Below are positions 63,895-64,000 of a DNA stretch of 64,000 bases, one piece after another. Under the pieces are notes generated by a model. The model was not told where the DNA came from, made no database searches, and worked only from the letters and a program-made list of their open reading frames with translations. Source of the DNA: Octopus sinensis (lineage: Eukaryota); contig NW_021832974.1 in the NCBI RefSeq assembly GCF_006345805.1, positions 1,363 to 65,362 on the forward strand. The letters run 5' to 3'. The first letter of the stretch is position 1; each line of letters starts with the position of its first letter. Both the position numbers and the translations under genes were made by a program.

Positions 63895-64000
63895 TTATTT
63901 ACAAGCATTGTGTTGAACAACTCCTAATTAGTCAATGAAACATGTCGATTGATCGTCGGGCGCGCAAGTTATAGATTGAATTGCCGATAATTGATGTGAG

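Larger units (their letters stand above)
54122..64000 (+). repeat. Segmental duplication, copy 2 (runs to window end)
   Basis: Matches 15484-25358. Confidence 0.97.

Overview
Eukaryotic, metazoan DNA (ETS domain, TALE homeobox, RhoGEF2-type GEF, GAPVD1, CFAP410) from a very compact genome. Every intron I could resolve by hand is only ~21-30 nt, which points to a reduced parasitic animal such as a dicyemid or myxozoan; the taxon cannot be fixed from sequence alone. The window alternates between AT-rich transposon graveyards and tightly packed GC-rich gene islands. Transposons: hAT, Ginger-like integrase, Tc1/IS630, hAT MITE, and RTE-, CRE-, R4/RLE- and I/Jockey-like non-LTR remnants. Genes: TALE, PDZ scaffold, RhoGEF, membrane protein, MARCH E3, CDC25, GAPVD1, a PP2A-like pseudogene, a winged-helix-repeat/nucleoside-phosphorylase protein, CFAP410 and a PABP-like protein, plus an AT-richer ALDH3 gene and a U2 snRNA. 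A ~9.9-kb block (15484-25358) is repeated at 54122-64000. Most striking: (1) a PP2A-family gene riddled with 5-15-nt deletions, many at short direct repeats; (2) alternating G/T-rich and C/A-rich tracts across gene islands regardless of coding strand; (3) micro-introns with relaxed signals (GC donors, GAG/AAG acceptors) that are also present inside three DNA-transposase genes; (4) a ~10x winged-helix + PNP-domain protein; (5) an ETS-domain ORF abutting an integrase. No CRISPR array, rRNA or tRNA gene is supported. Exon structures were spliced by eye, and remnant boundaries are approximate.
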